From positions 2,733 through 66,732 of the forward strand of contig JAZRXL010000040.1 in the NCBI GenBank assembly GCA_045600225.1: a stretch of 64,000 nt of DNA. The letters are read 5' to 3'. The position numbers and the translations under genes were made by a program. The notes under the pieces are model-generated. The model was not told the origin of the DNA, did no database searches, and saw nothing but the letters and a program-made list of their open reading frames with translations. Shown piece after piece: positions 18,746 through 28,011 of the stretch. The first letter of the stretch is position 1, and each line of letters begins with the position of its first letter. The stretch is from Paludibacteraceae bacterium. Its GTDB lineage: Bacteria; Bacteroidota; Bacteroidia; Bacteroidales; Paludibacteraceae.

Positions 18746-18753
18746 CAAATATA
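18746..18753 (-). promoter_or_regulatory. -7 box TATATTTG for the 775-aa/1304-aa operon
   Basis: Plus-strand CAAATATA, 80 nt upstream of the ATG at 18666. The flanking sequence is roughly 70% identical by eye to the 12243..12310 promoter region. Confidence 0.5.
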
Positions 18754-18774
18754 ACAAAAAAAACTTTTAATTTA

Positions 18775-18782
18775 CCCCCCCC
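18775..18782. repeat. C8 homopolymer (G8 on the sense strand) between the palindrome and the -7 box
   Basis: tttacccccccc read directly. An adjacent A8 run lies at 18756..18763. Confidence 0.9.
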
Positions 18783-18789
18783 ATAATTC

Positions 18790-18803
18790 TTGATTTATAT
18801 CAA
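18790..18803. promoter_or_regulatory. Perfect FNR-type palindrome TTGAT-TTAT-ATCAA
   Basis: Read directly, 36 nt upstream of the -7 box. Confidence 0.5.
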
Positions 18804-18820
18804 TGTAATTTACTCCTACA

Positions 18821-19236
18821 ATGTGCATTGTTTACCATGGGCGAATGCAATTCACCCCTACTGTGCGCATTGTTCAACATGGGCGAATGCAATTCGCCTC
18901 TACTGTGCGCATTGTTCAACATGGGCGAATGCAATTCGCCCTGTGCGCATTGTTCAACATGGGCGAATGCAATTCGCCTCTACTGTGTGCATTGTTCAAC
19001 ATGGGCGAATGCAATTCGCCCCTACTGTGCGCATTGTTCAACATGGGCGAATGCAATTCGCCTCTACTGTGCGCATTGTTCAACATGGGCGAATGCAATT
19101 CGCCCCTACTGTGCGCATTGTTCAACATGGGCGAATGCAATTCGCCCCTACTGTGCGCATTGTTCAACATGGGCGAATGCAATTCGCCTCTACTGTGTGC
19201 ATTGTTCAACATGGGCGAATGCAATTCGCCCCTACT
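18821..19236 (-). repeat. Tandem array of 10 hairpin-bearing units (nine of 42 bp, one of 38 bp)
   Basis: Unit GTG(C/T)GCATTGTTCAACATGGGCGAATGCAATTCGCC(C/T)CTACT. Unit boundaries at 18821, 18863, 18905, 18943, 18985, 19027, 19069, 19111, 19153 and 19195. Each has an 8-bp stem GGGCGAAT/ATTCGCCC and a 3-nt loop. There are no variable spacers. Confidence 0.95.
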
Positions 19237-20608
19237 CATTTCTAATTTCTAAATATTTTTCGATATTTTCCTCAAACCCCTTCACTCGTTTTTTGCTCTT
19301 ATTCTTCTTAAACCATTCAGACACACGAATTCGTTCGGAAAACTTCTTTCCCGCATCAATCGAACGACAACCCAGTTCGTTTTTTACAAGTGTCACTCTG
19401 TCATATAGACCCTGATCCGCACCAAACGTTTCGAACAACAGCGAATCGCCCACAAAAGAGATGCGTTGATAGTATCTGTCGTCCGTTCCCCATTTATCCA
19501 CATCACCCTTAAACTCCATGATGTAGTCCTTCTGAGAAGCATAGGAAACGACTCGCACGGGAGAATACTCATTGCCCAGCTTCATATTGCTCCGTGCATA
19601 CACATGTTCATGGCCCTGTAATACCAAATCGACTTTATACTTCACAACCAAATCATCGAAATAGTAGCGTTGGAAAAGGTTATTCATCGTACCTTTGGTG
19701 GAATGCAACGGATGGTGAAGCACTACAATCTTCCATTTTTCGGCCGTTTTATCCAACTCAGTTTCCAACCATTCCCTCTGTTTGGGCAACTTCCAGAAAT
19801 CCTTGTTGGAATCCAAGAAGAAGAAACGAGCATCTCCTTTTGCGAACGTGTAGAGCGCATTATCTGCATTTTGTTCCATTGTATTCAAGAAATAAGGGAA
19901 CGTCAACGGAAAGCGTCGTTCCAACGTGCGTGTCACACCTTTCAAATATTCATGATTACCCGCAACTGCCAGAATTGGATATCTTGTTGCAAACGTATCC
20001 AACGAACGGAACACCACGTTCCAGTACTGATCCATCGGACGTTCGATCAGATCACCACCAAACAGCAAGAATGAGGACTCTGAATTCGCCGCCATCACCT
20101 TAGGCAACAGCGTGTCAAAACCGCCATCCAGATCATCCTGCACATCCCCGAAATAGAGGAATGAGAAATCCTTGTTGTTATTTTTTATGAAACAAAACCA
20201 TTCCGTACTGTCCTTCTCCGAGCGTATTCGATAACACCAAACACCTTCTTCGTTTACATTCTTTATTTGCGCTCTATGAAATGCAGCCACGCCAGAACGA
20301 GAATGGTAAACCTCACACTCCGACGACAACGTAATCGTATCGGACGACCCTGGTCTTACATAATCCAGCCAACACGGATGCGGCAAGGAGTCATATTGCC
20401 ATGTTACATATCTCGACTCCGAATCATCCCCCATGGTAAGCAGAACTCGTGACGGATGGTGCTGAACATCGTAAGTTGGCTCAGGAGGATTACCAAACCA
20501 AGTATTCCATCGAACGACACACAATACGACGATAGCGATCAATAAACACGCAAAAAAAATCTTCTTCTTCATAAACAAAAAAGAGACGAAATTTGCACTT
20601 CGTCTCAT
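19232..20608 (-). CDS. Metallophosphoesterase (calcineurin-like / purple-acid-phosphatase-like)
   Basis: 458 aa with an N-terminal TM/signal segment. Motifs GDVQDD, GGDLIE, GNHEY, VVLHHPL and GHEHVY. Confidence 0.8.
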   Translation of the reverse strand: MRRSANFVSFLFMKKKIFFACLLIAIVVLCVVRWNTWFGNPPEPTYDVQHHPSRVLLTMGDDSESRYVTWQYDSLPHPCWLDYVRPGSSDTITLSSECEVYHSRSGVAAFHRAQIKNVNEEGVWCYRIRSEKDSTEWFCFIKNNNKDFSFLYFGDVQDDLDGGFDTLLPKVMAANSESSFLLFGGDLIERPMDQYWNVVFRSLDTFATRYPILAVAGNHEYLKGVTRTLERRFPLTFPYFLNTMEQNADNALYTFAKGDARFFFLDSNKDFWKLPKQREWLETELDKTAEKWKIVVLHHPLHSTKGTMNNLFQRYYFDDLVVKYKVDLVLQGHEHVYARSNMKLGNEYSPVRVVSYASQKDYIMEFKGDVDKWGTDDRYYQRISFVGDSLLFETFGADQGLYDRVTLVKNELGCRSIDAGKKFSERIRVSEWFKKNKSKKRVKGFEENIEKYLEIRNE

Positions 20609-20622
20609 ATATTAGATAGGAA

Positions 20623-22014
20623 TTAATAACCTAAAATCTTCAACATAGATTTGAAGCTCTGCTCCTTAGCAAACAGTTTAGTATAATACTCACCATTCTC
20701 ATCCACATCGATCACAACCAACTTAGGCGCAGGCAACAAGCAGTGTTTGATACCGCCGAATCCGCTCAACGCCTCCTGATAAGCACCCATATGGAAGAAT
20801 CCGATGAATTGTTCTCTACCCTGCTGCATCTTCGGCAAGAAGATCGCATTGGAGTGGACCTCCGCATTATAGAAGTCCTCACTATCACAAGTCAAACCGC
20901 CCAAGTGAACGCGCTCATACTCTTGATCCCAGTTGTTGATAGCCAAGAACGGGAAGCGTTGGTTCAACGCCCAAGTATCCGGCATCGTATTGATGAACGA
21001 GCTATCGATCATATTCCACAACTCACGGTCGTTCTGCTGTTTCTGATTAACGATGGAATAGAGCATCGCACCGCTTTCGCTGACCGTATAAGAACCGAAT
21101 TCGGTAAAGATGTTTGGCTCCGGAACGCCCTGTTGCATACAAGTGTTCTTGATCTGAGCCACGATCTCCTCCGCCATATACTCGTAGTCGTACGAGAAAT
21201 CCATGTGACTCTGGAATGGGAAACCACCACCGATATCCAAGCAATCCAGATCCGGACAAATCTTACGAAGTTCGCAATACAGGTTGATTCCCTTGCTCAA
21301 CTCATTCCAATAGTAAGAGGTATCTCTGATACCTGTATTCACAAAGAAGTGAAGCATTTTGAGCTTTACCTGCTTATTGTTTTGAATCTTTTCCTTGTAA
21401 TAAGGTACGATATCCTTGAAGCGCATTCCCAATCGAGAGGTATAGAAATCGAACTTTGGTTCCTCTTCCGTAGCAATTCTGATACCTACATTAAATGGCT
21501 CATCAAAGTCCTTCAACATCATATCCAACTCCTCTTTGTTGTCCAAGATCGGAATTACATTGGTAAAACCTTGTTTAATTAAGGACTGGATATTCTCAAT
21601 ATATTGAGGTATTTTAAATCCATTACATAGCACAAAACGACTAGGATCCAAGTGACCTGAATCTCGCAAGCACTCCAACAAGTTTGCATCATAAGCAGAC
21701 GAGATCTCCACATGCGTATCATGTTTCAAGACCTCTTCCATCACAAACGAGAAGTGAGAACTTTTGGTACAAAAACAATAGTTGTAAGTTGACTTATAAT
21801 CCACCTTTGCCATTGCTACATTAAAAAGGCGTTTAGCCCTTTGAATATTTTGCGCAATCTTAGGCAGATAGGCGATTCTAAGAGGAGTACCATACTGTTT
21901 GATGACATCCATCAAGGGCACATCAAACCAGTGTAGATCATTGTCCACCACACTAAATTCCTCATTCGGAAACTCAAAAGATTGCTCGATAAGATCAACG
22001 TATTTATTCTTCAT
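20623..22014 (-). CDS. Fold-type III PLP-dependent decarboxylase (arginine/ornithine decarboxylase-like)
   Basis: 463 aa. PLP-lysine context FCTKSS, DIGGGFP, and GGLTCDSEDFY corresponding to the CxxxD substrate motif of the Orn/DAP/Arg decarboxylase family. Confidence 0.6.
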   Translation of the reverse strand: MKNKYVDLIEQSFEFPNEEFSVVDNDLHWFDVPLMDVIKQYGTPLRIAYLPKIAQNIQRAKRLFNVAMAKVDYKSTYNYCFCTKSSHFSFVMEEVLKHDTHVEISSAYDANLLECLRDSGHLDPSRFVLCNGFKIPQYIENIQSLIKQGFTNVIPILDNKEELDMMLKDFDEPFNVGIRIATEEEPKFDFYTSRLGMRFKDIVPYYKEKIQNNKQVKLKMLHFFVNTGIRDTSYYWNELSKGINLYCELRKICPDLDCLDIGGGFPFQSHMDFSYDYEYMAEEIVAQIKNTCMQQGVPEPNIFTEFGSYTVSESGAMLYSIVNQKQQNDRELWNMIDSSFINTMPDTWALNQRFPFLAINNWDQEYERVHLGGLTCDSEDFYNAEVHSNAIFLPKMQQGREQFIGFFHMGAYQEALSGFGGIKHCLLPAPKLVVIDVDENGEYYTKLFAKEQSFKSMLKILGY

Positions 22015-22123
22015 TTCTACAATAAAAATAAAACAATAAACAATAAGTTACCACCACTATTTTTTTTTAAAATTTCGCAACACTCTCACCATTAATCAAC
22101 AAATCCAACTCACGCAGATTCAC

Positions 22124-22156
22124 AAAAAAAATGCAATCCGAGTAAATCGGATTGCA
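22124..22156 (-). terminator. Rho-independent terminator after fabG
   Basis: TGCAATCCGA-gtaaa-TCGGATTGCA, followed on the minus strand by TTTTTTTT. Confidence 0.75.
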
Positions 22157-22192
22157 AATTTATATACAAAAAATATATTATACAATAATATA

Positions 22193-22939
22193 TTACATAT
22201 TCATGCCACCGCAGCAGTGGATAACTTGACCAGACACATAAGACGACAAATCTGATGCCAAGAACAATGCTACATTTGCAACATCTTCTGGAGTACCACC
22301 TCTTCTCAATGGAATTTGTTTCTCCCACTCCTTACGTACTTCTTCAGATAATTGAGCAGTCATATCAGTAATGATGAAACCAGGAGCGATACAGTTTGCA
22401 CGGATACCACGAGAACCAACCTCCTTGGCAATAGACTTAGCCAAACCAATCATACCAGCCTTTGAAGCTGAATAGTTACACTGCCCAGCATTTCCAGAAA
22501 CACCAACAACAGAGCTCATGTTAATAATGCTACCTGCCTTTTGACGCATCATGATTGGAGTACAAGCATGAACGAAGTTGAAAGCCGACTTCAAGTTAAC
22601 TGTCAAAACAGCATCCCATTGAGCCTCACTCATACGCATCATCAAACCATCTTTTGTGATTCCCGCATTGTTAACCAAGATATCTATAGAGCCAAATTCT
22701 TTTTGAATTTCTTCAACAACTTTATGAGTCTCCTCGAAATCTGCGGCATTTGAAGCATATCCTTTTGCCTTCACACCCATAGCAGCAATCTCCTGCTCTG
22801 TTGCCTTAGCCAAATCATCAATTCTCAAATCAGTAAAAGCGATATTTGCACCTTCACTCGCAAACTTCAAAGCAATTGCCTTTCCAATTCCTCTTGCGGC
22901 ACCTGTAATCAAAGCCGTCTTTCCTGTTAATAATCCCAT
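22193..22939 (-). CDS. fabG: 3-oxoacyl-[acyl-carrier-protein] reductase
   Basis: MGLLTGKTALITGAARGIGKAIA, NNAG, and a YxxxK context (YSASKAG). I prefer the start at 22939 (248 aa) over the track ATG at 22978, because a -7 box lies at 22976..22983. Confidence 0.88.
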   Translation of the reverse strand: MGLLTGKTALITGAARGIGKAIALKFASEGANIAFTDLRIDDLAKATEQEIAAMGVKAKGYASNAADFEETHKVVEEIQKEFGSIDILVNNAGITKDGLMMRMSEAQWDAVLTVNLKSAFNFVHACTPIMMRQKAGSIINMSSVVGVSGNAGQCNYSASKAGMIGLAKSIAKEVGSRGIRANCIAPGFIITDMTAQLSEEVRKEWEKQIPLRRGGTPEDVANVALFLASDLSSYVSGQVIHCCGGMNM

Positions 22940-22975
22940 AGAATTAATATTAAATGAATATTTCGAAAATTGTTG

Positions 22976-22983
22976 CAAAGATA
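22976..22983 (-). promoter_or_regulatory. -7 box TATCTTTG for fabG
   Basis: Plus-strand CAAAGATA, 37 nt upstream of the ATG at 22939. Confidence 0.45.
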
Positions 22984-23245
22984 ATGCTTGAAATTAAGAA
23001 TTAAGAAGAAAGTAACAAGAATTACACATTGGGTTCTTTTTCTACACACCTTATATATAATACATGTGCTGAAACCTTCTGCCATTTTGTCACGAACAAA
23101 GACACGTACCATGCCACGACTGTCACCAAACACGCAGTTTTACACTTTGGCATAGATTATGATGTACTAATTATGGTCGCGAACAGAAAGGAGCGTGACA
23201 AAAAAGATGAAACTAATAATATAAACTAATAAAATCAAACAAACA

Positions 23246-23515
23246 ATGAACATTAAACCATTAGCAGACAGAGTTTTAGTAAAACCTGCAGCAGCAGAAT
23301 CTAAAACTGCAAGTGGAATCATTATTCCAGATTCAGCAAAAGAGAAACCATTAAAAGGTGAAGTTCTTGCCATTGGTAACGGAACAAAGGATGAGGAAAT
23401 GGTAGTTAAGGTAGGCGACACTGTCCTTTATGGTAAGTATGCAGGAACAGAGTTGGAACTTGACGGAGAAAAATACCTTATCATGCGCCAAAGCGACATT
23501 CTTGCAATCATTTAA
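23246..23515 (+). CDS. groES: Co-chaperonin GroES
   Basis: 89 aa. [14 protein letters not shown]...[18 protein letters not shown]. Confidence 0.97.
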   Translation: MNIKPLADRVLVKPAAAESKTASGIIIPDSAKEKPLKGEVLAIGNGTKDEEMVVKVGDTVLYGKYAGTELELDGEKYLIMRQSDILAII

Positions 23516-23587
23516 TTCAAATTAATTAACTCTATCAAAAAAAACGATTAAGAGCAAAGAAATCAATTCATAATTCTCACCTCTTAA

Positions 23588-25240
<1,653 letters not shown>

Positions 25241-25265
25241 TTCCAACTTTACAACCATATGAAAT

Positions 25266-25297
25266 GGGAGACTGAAGAGGTCTCCCATTTTTGTTTT
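25266..25297 (+). terminator. Rho-independent terminator after groEL
   Basis: GGGAGAC-tgaagag-GTCTCCC followed by ATTTTTGTTTT. Confidence 0.8.
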
Positions 25298-25338
25298 CAC
25301 ACCACCCCACTTTGTTTGATTTCTCTACAACATTTTCC

Positions 25339-25346
25339 TATATTTG
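25339..25346 (+). promoter_or_regulatory. -7 box TATATTTG for the AAA+ gene
   Basis: Matches TAnnTTTG, 33 nt upstream of the ATG at 25379. Confidence 0.5.
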
Positions 25347-25378
25347 TAGTAATAAAAACAATCAGATTAACTACTCAT

Positions 25379-27376
25379 ATGAAATATCAAATATCCATCA
25401 TAACTGGTTCTGTTAAGGATGGTCTTATCTCTTTCAAGAAAGAGATTGAGACAAACACCATACAAGGCGCCTTAGAATCTTATTTCGGACCGAACAACTT
25501 ATCCATTATCGAGTGTGATGAAGAAAAAATATCTTGTACACTAACAACTAGTGCAAGCCCGGAAGAGACCATCGCCACTGTAGCCAGCAGAATCATCGAA
25601 ACCTACCCTCAGATCAAAGGAGCAAGTCCCATACATCGTACAGGAGATGATTATCAAATGTTGCTAGGTTCTACCATTACTATAAAAGCGACCATCGTTG
25701 AGACAACAAGACACGACAAAGCTCAACTAAACACGCTTCTTTCCGACATCGACGCCCTCATTGGATGGGAATCTTTCAAAGAGTACGCTCACGAATCTGC
25801 AAGATTTGCAGACAAGATAGAATTTCATAAGACACATAGTTGCTTCTGCTCTCAAAGTTACCTTTTCTCCATCAACGATGGTTGCGGATTGACGAACGGG
25901 ATCAAACTGCTTACCCTTTTGGGCGTCCACATGGGGGCTTTCTCTCAAAAATACTATTTTGAATATATCCTTTCAAGCGAAAGAATCGGTTCCAAGATAT
26001 CCATTAAAGAGTTTTTGGAAGTAATCAGCAACCAAGACAATTTCGGATGCTTGGTATGTTTGGACATCAGTGAATTCATTGAAAAATCAAAACAAGGCGA
26101 GCTGAAAGACCTGCTTAAAGAGTTGGCTCACTACACAGAGTACTATAATTTCGTTTTCAGAGTGCCTTATATCGAGCCTCACGAACTAAAGCAAGTGGAG
26201 AACATATTGTCTGACATTCTATTCATCAGAACTTTCGCCATTCCTCCTTTCACTGATACACAATTAGAGATGTATGCAGATCAGAAACTTGCACAATACG
26301 GATTCTCAATGAACGAAGGGGCAAAGAAGATCTTCCACTCTCGTGTAAGAGAGGAGAAAAGCGATGGCCGCTTCTACGGACTTCGCACCATTGGCAAGAT
26401 CACAGACGAAATTATCTTATTGAAACATAAAGCAGATTCAGAAAGAGACGATGATCATTCTTCCACCAACAACTACATCATCAGCGAAAGCGACATAGAG
26501 ACTCTCTCTAAGCAGGAAGACATTGCAGAAATAGATGCCTTCGAAGAGCTGAACGAGATGATTGGAATGGAGAAGGTTTGTGAACGAATAAGAGAGATTG
26601 TAGCTCAAGTGAAAGTTTCCATCCAAAACGACAAAATAGAACGTCCTTGTATGCATATGCGCTTTTTGGGCGCACCCGGAACCGGAAAAACCACAGTTGC
26701 CCGTATCGTCGGAAAGATATTCACCCAGAATGGTATTCTTTCAAACGGTTATTTCTTCGAATATGGAGCAAGAGACTTCTGTGGACAATATGTAGGCCAA
26801 ACTGCACCGAAAACAGCAGCCATTTGTCGAGACGCATACGGTTCCGTTCTATTCATTGACGAAGCTTACGACCTGTACCGTGGAGGTTTTGGTTCCGAGA
26901 ATGATTTTGGGAAAGAGGCTCTAACCACCCTTATTGCAGAGATGGAGAACCACCGAAACAATCTGGTAGTCATTATGGCAGGATACAAAGAACCTATGGA
27001 GAAACTAATGGATGGCAACATGGGATTAAAGAGCCGCATGCCTTTCGTAATAGAGTTCCCGTCATACACAAAGGAACAGTTAACCAACATATTCATGCAG
27101 ATGACGCAAAAGCATTTTCCTATTAAGGAAGACCTTCGTCCTGCTGTTGCAGAATACTTCCAATCTGCTCCTCAGGAATTTATCGATTCGGAAGACTTCC
27201 CTAATGCACGTTTCGTTAGAAATCTATACGAACGCACTTGGTCAAAAGCAGCAATGAGAGTACAACTCAACGAATTACCAGAAATTGAGATCATGGCAGA
27301 AGATTTCAAAGCTGCAACTGCCGAAAAGGAGTTTGCTTTCCACATTCCTACCACAAGGAAGAGAGTTGGTTTCTAA
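25379..27376 (+). CDS. AAA+ ATPase of the SpoVK/CbbX type with a long N-terminal extension
   Basis: Walker A GAPGTGKTTVAR, Walker B VLFIDEAYDL, VVIMAGY. The start is moved to MKYQISII because the track ATG at 25259 precedes the groEL terminator and the -7 box. Confidence 0.8.
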   Translation: MKYQISIITGSVKDGLISFKKEIETNTIQGALESYFGPNNLSIIECDEEKISCTLTTSASPEETIATVASRIIETYPQIKGASPIHRTGDDYQMLLGSTITIKATIVETTRHDKAQLNTLLSDIDALIGWESFKEYAHESARFADKIEFHKTHSCFCSQSYLFSINDGCGLTNGIKLLTLLGVHMGAFSQKYYFEYILSSERIGSKISIKEFLEVISNQDNFGCLVCLDISEFIEKSKQGELKDLLKELAHYTEYYNFVFRVPYIEPHELKQVENILSDILFIRTFAIPPFTDTQLEMYADQKLAQYGFSMNEGAKKIFHSRVREEKSDGRFYGLRTIGKITDEIILLKHKADSERDDDHSSTNNYIISESDIETLSKQEDIAEIDAFEELNEMIGMEKVCERIREIVAQVKVSIQNDKIERPCMHMRFLGAPGTGKTTVARIVGKIFTQNGILSNGYFFEYGARDFCGQYVGQTAPKTAAICRDAYGSVLFIDEAYDLYRGGFGSENDFGKEALTTLIAEMENHRNNLVVIMAGYKEPMEKLMDGNMGLKSRMPFVIEFPSYTKEQLTNIFMQMTQKHFPIKEDLRPAVAEYFQSAPQEFIDSEDFPNARFVRNLYERTWSKAAMRVQLNELPEIEIMAEDFKAATAEKEFAFHIPTTRKRVGF

Positions 27377-27396
27377 ATAAAACAAATATCAAATAC

Positions 27397-27435
27397 AAGG
27401 CAGTCTTCAATTAAGGGCTGCCTTATCTATTTTCT
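27397..27435 (+). terminator. Rho-independent terminator after the AAA+ gene
   Basis: AAGGCAG...CTGCCTT hairpin followed by a T-rich run (atctatttt). Confidence 0.55.
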
Positions 27436-27536
27436 CCATAATTCCATTCAAAAAGTACTACCCTATTTTATTTGCCTATTATCGACAATAGCTCTACCTT
27501 TCCACCATCAAAAAAACAACAAAATTATTTACAATT

Positions 27537-27989
27537 ATGAAGAAAATTATTTATTTCAGATTAGCATTGAGCTTAGCGCTCTCTATGCTACTAATCGATG
27601 GAGCTTGTGTGGAATACAACAACTCCGTTAAGTGGGAAGAGTTACCTACGAAAAGCCTCTCATTCATCCAACAGAACTTTCCGGAAGATGAAGTTTCATC
27701 TGCTTTTGTCGAGCGAGAGTTCTTGGAAGTTCATTACAATGTGCTTCTGTCGGACAACACTCACATTGAGTTCTACAAAAATGGAGAATGGAAAGAGATC
27801 AATTGTAGGAATACGTCAGTACCAAGAAGCCTTATCCCAGATGAGATACTTGCGAAAGTAGACCAAATGTACTCCGACGCAATGATTGTAGAAATCGACA
27901 GAGACAATCAGGAATACGACATCAAACTCTCCAACGGAGTCGAGATGACATTTGACAAGAGGTATAACCTTACCGACATCGACGACTAA
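27537..27989 (+). CDS. PepSY-like (beta-lactamase-inhibitor-like) secreted protein
   Basis: 150 aa with a signal peptide. It has a two-fold repeat: LPTKSLSFIQQNFPEDEV...HIEFYKNGEWKEI, then VPRSLIPDEILAKVDQMYSDAMIVEI...VEMTFDKRYNL. Confidence 0.65.
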   Translation: MKKIIYFRLALSLALSMLLIDGACVEYNNSVKWEELPTKSLSFIQQNFPEDEVSSAFVEREFLEVHYNVLLSDNTHIEFYKNGEWKEINCRNTSVPRSLIPDEILAKVDQMYSDAMIVEIDRDNQEYDIKLSNGVEMTFDKRYNLTDIDD

Positions 27990-28011
27990 ACAACTTAATT
28001 TTTTTTACAAT

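Noticed and set aside
18821-19236. Possible CRISPR array
   Set aside because: The units are directly adjacent and the whole 42 bp is constant. There are no variable spacers, no leader and no cas genes in the window.
18790-19415. Track ORFs of 151, 143 and 195 aa on the plus strand and 107 aa on the minus strand (18916..19239), encoding GRMQFAPTVRIVQH- and MGECNSPLLCALFN-type repeats
   Set aside because: They exist only because the 42-bp unit is a multiple of 3 and lacks stops in four frames. Three overlapping frames are open over the same DNA. There are no start or RBS context and no protein-like features. They are artefacts of the hairpin repeat array.
22110-22328. 72-aa ORF overlapping the fabG 3' end
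   Set aside because: It overlaps the fabG coding sequence in another frame and runs through the fabG terminator. It has no supporting features.
23029-23245. CIRCE/HrcA operator upstream of groES
   Set aside because: I found no TTAGCACTC-N9-GAGTGCTAA-like inverted repeat in the 267-bp upstream region.
25259-25378. The N-terminal 40 codons of the track ORF 25259..27376
   Set aside because: This stretch spans the groEL terminator hairpin with its T-run and the TATATTTG -7 box. The real start is most likely the ATG at 25379 (MKYQISII).
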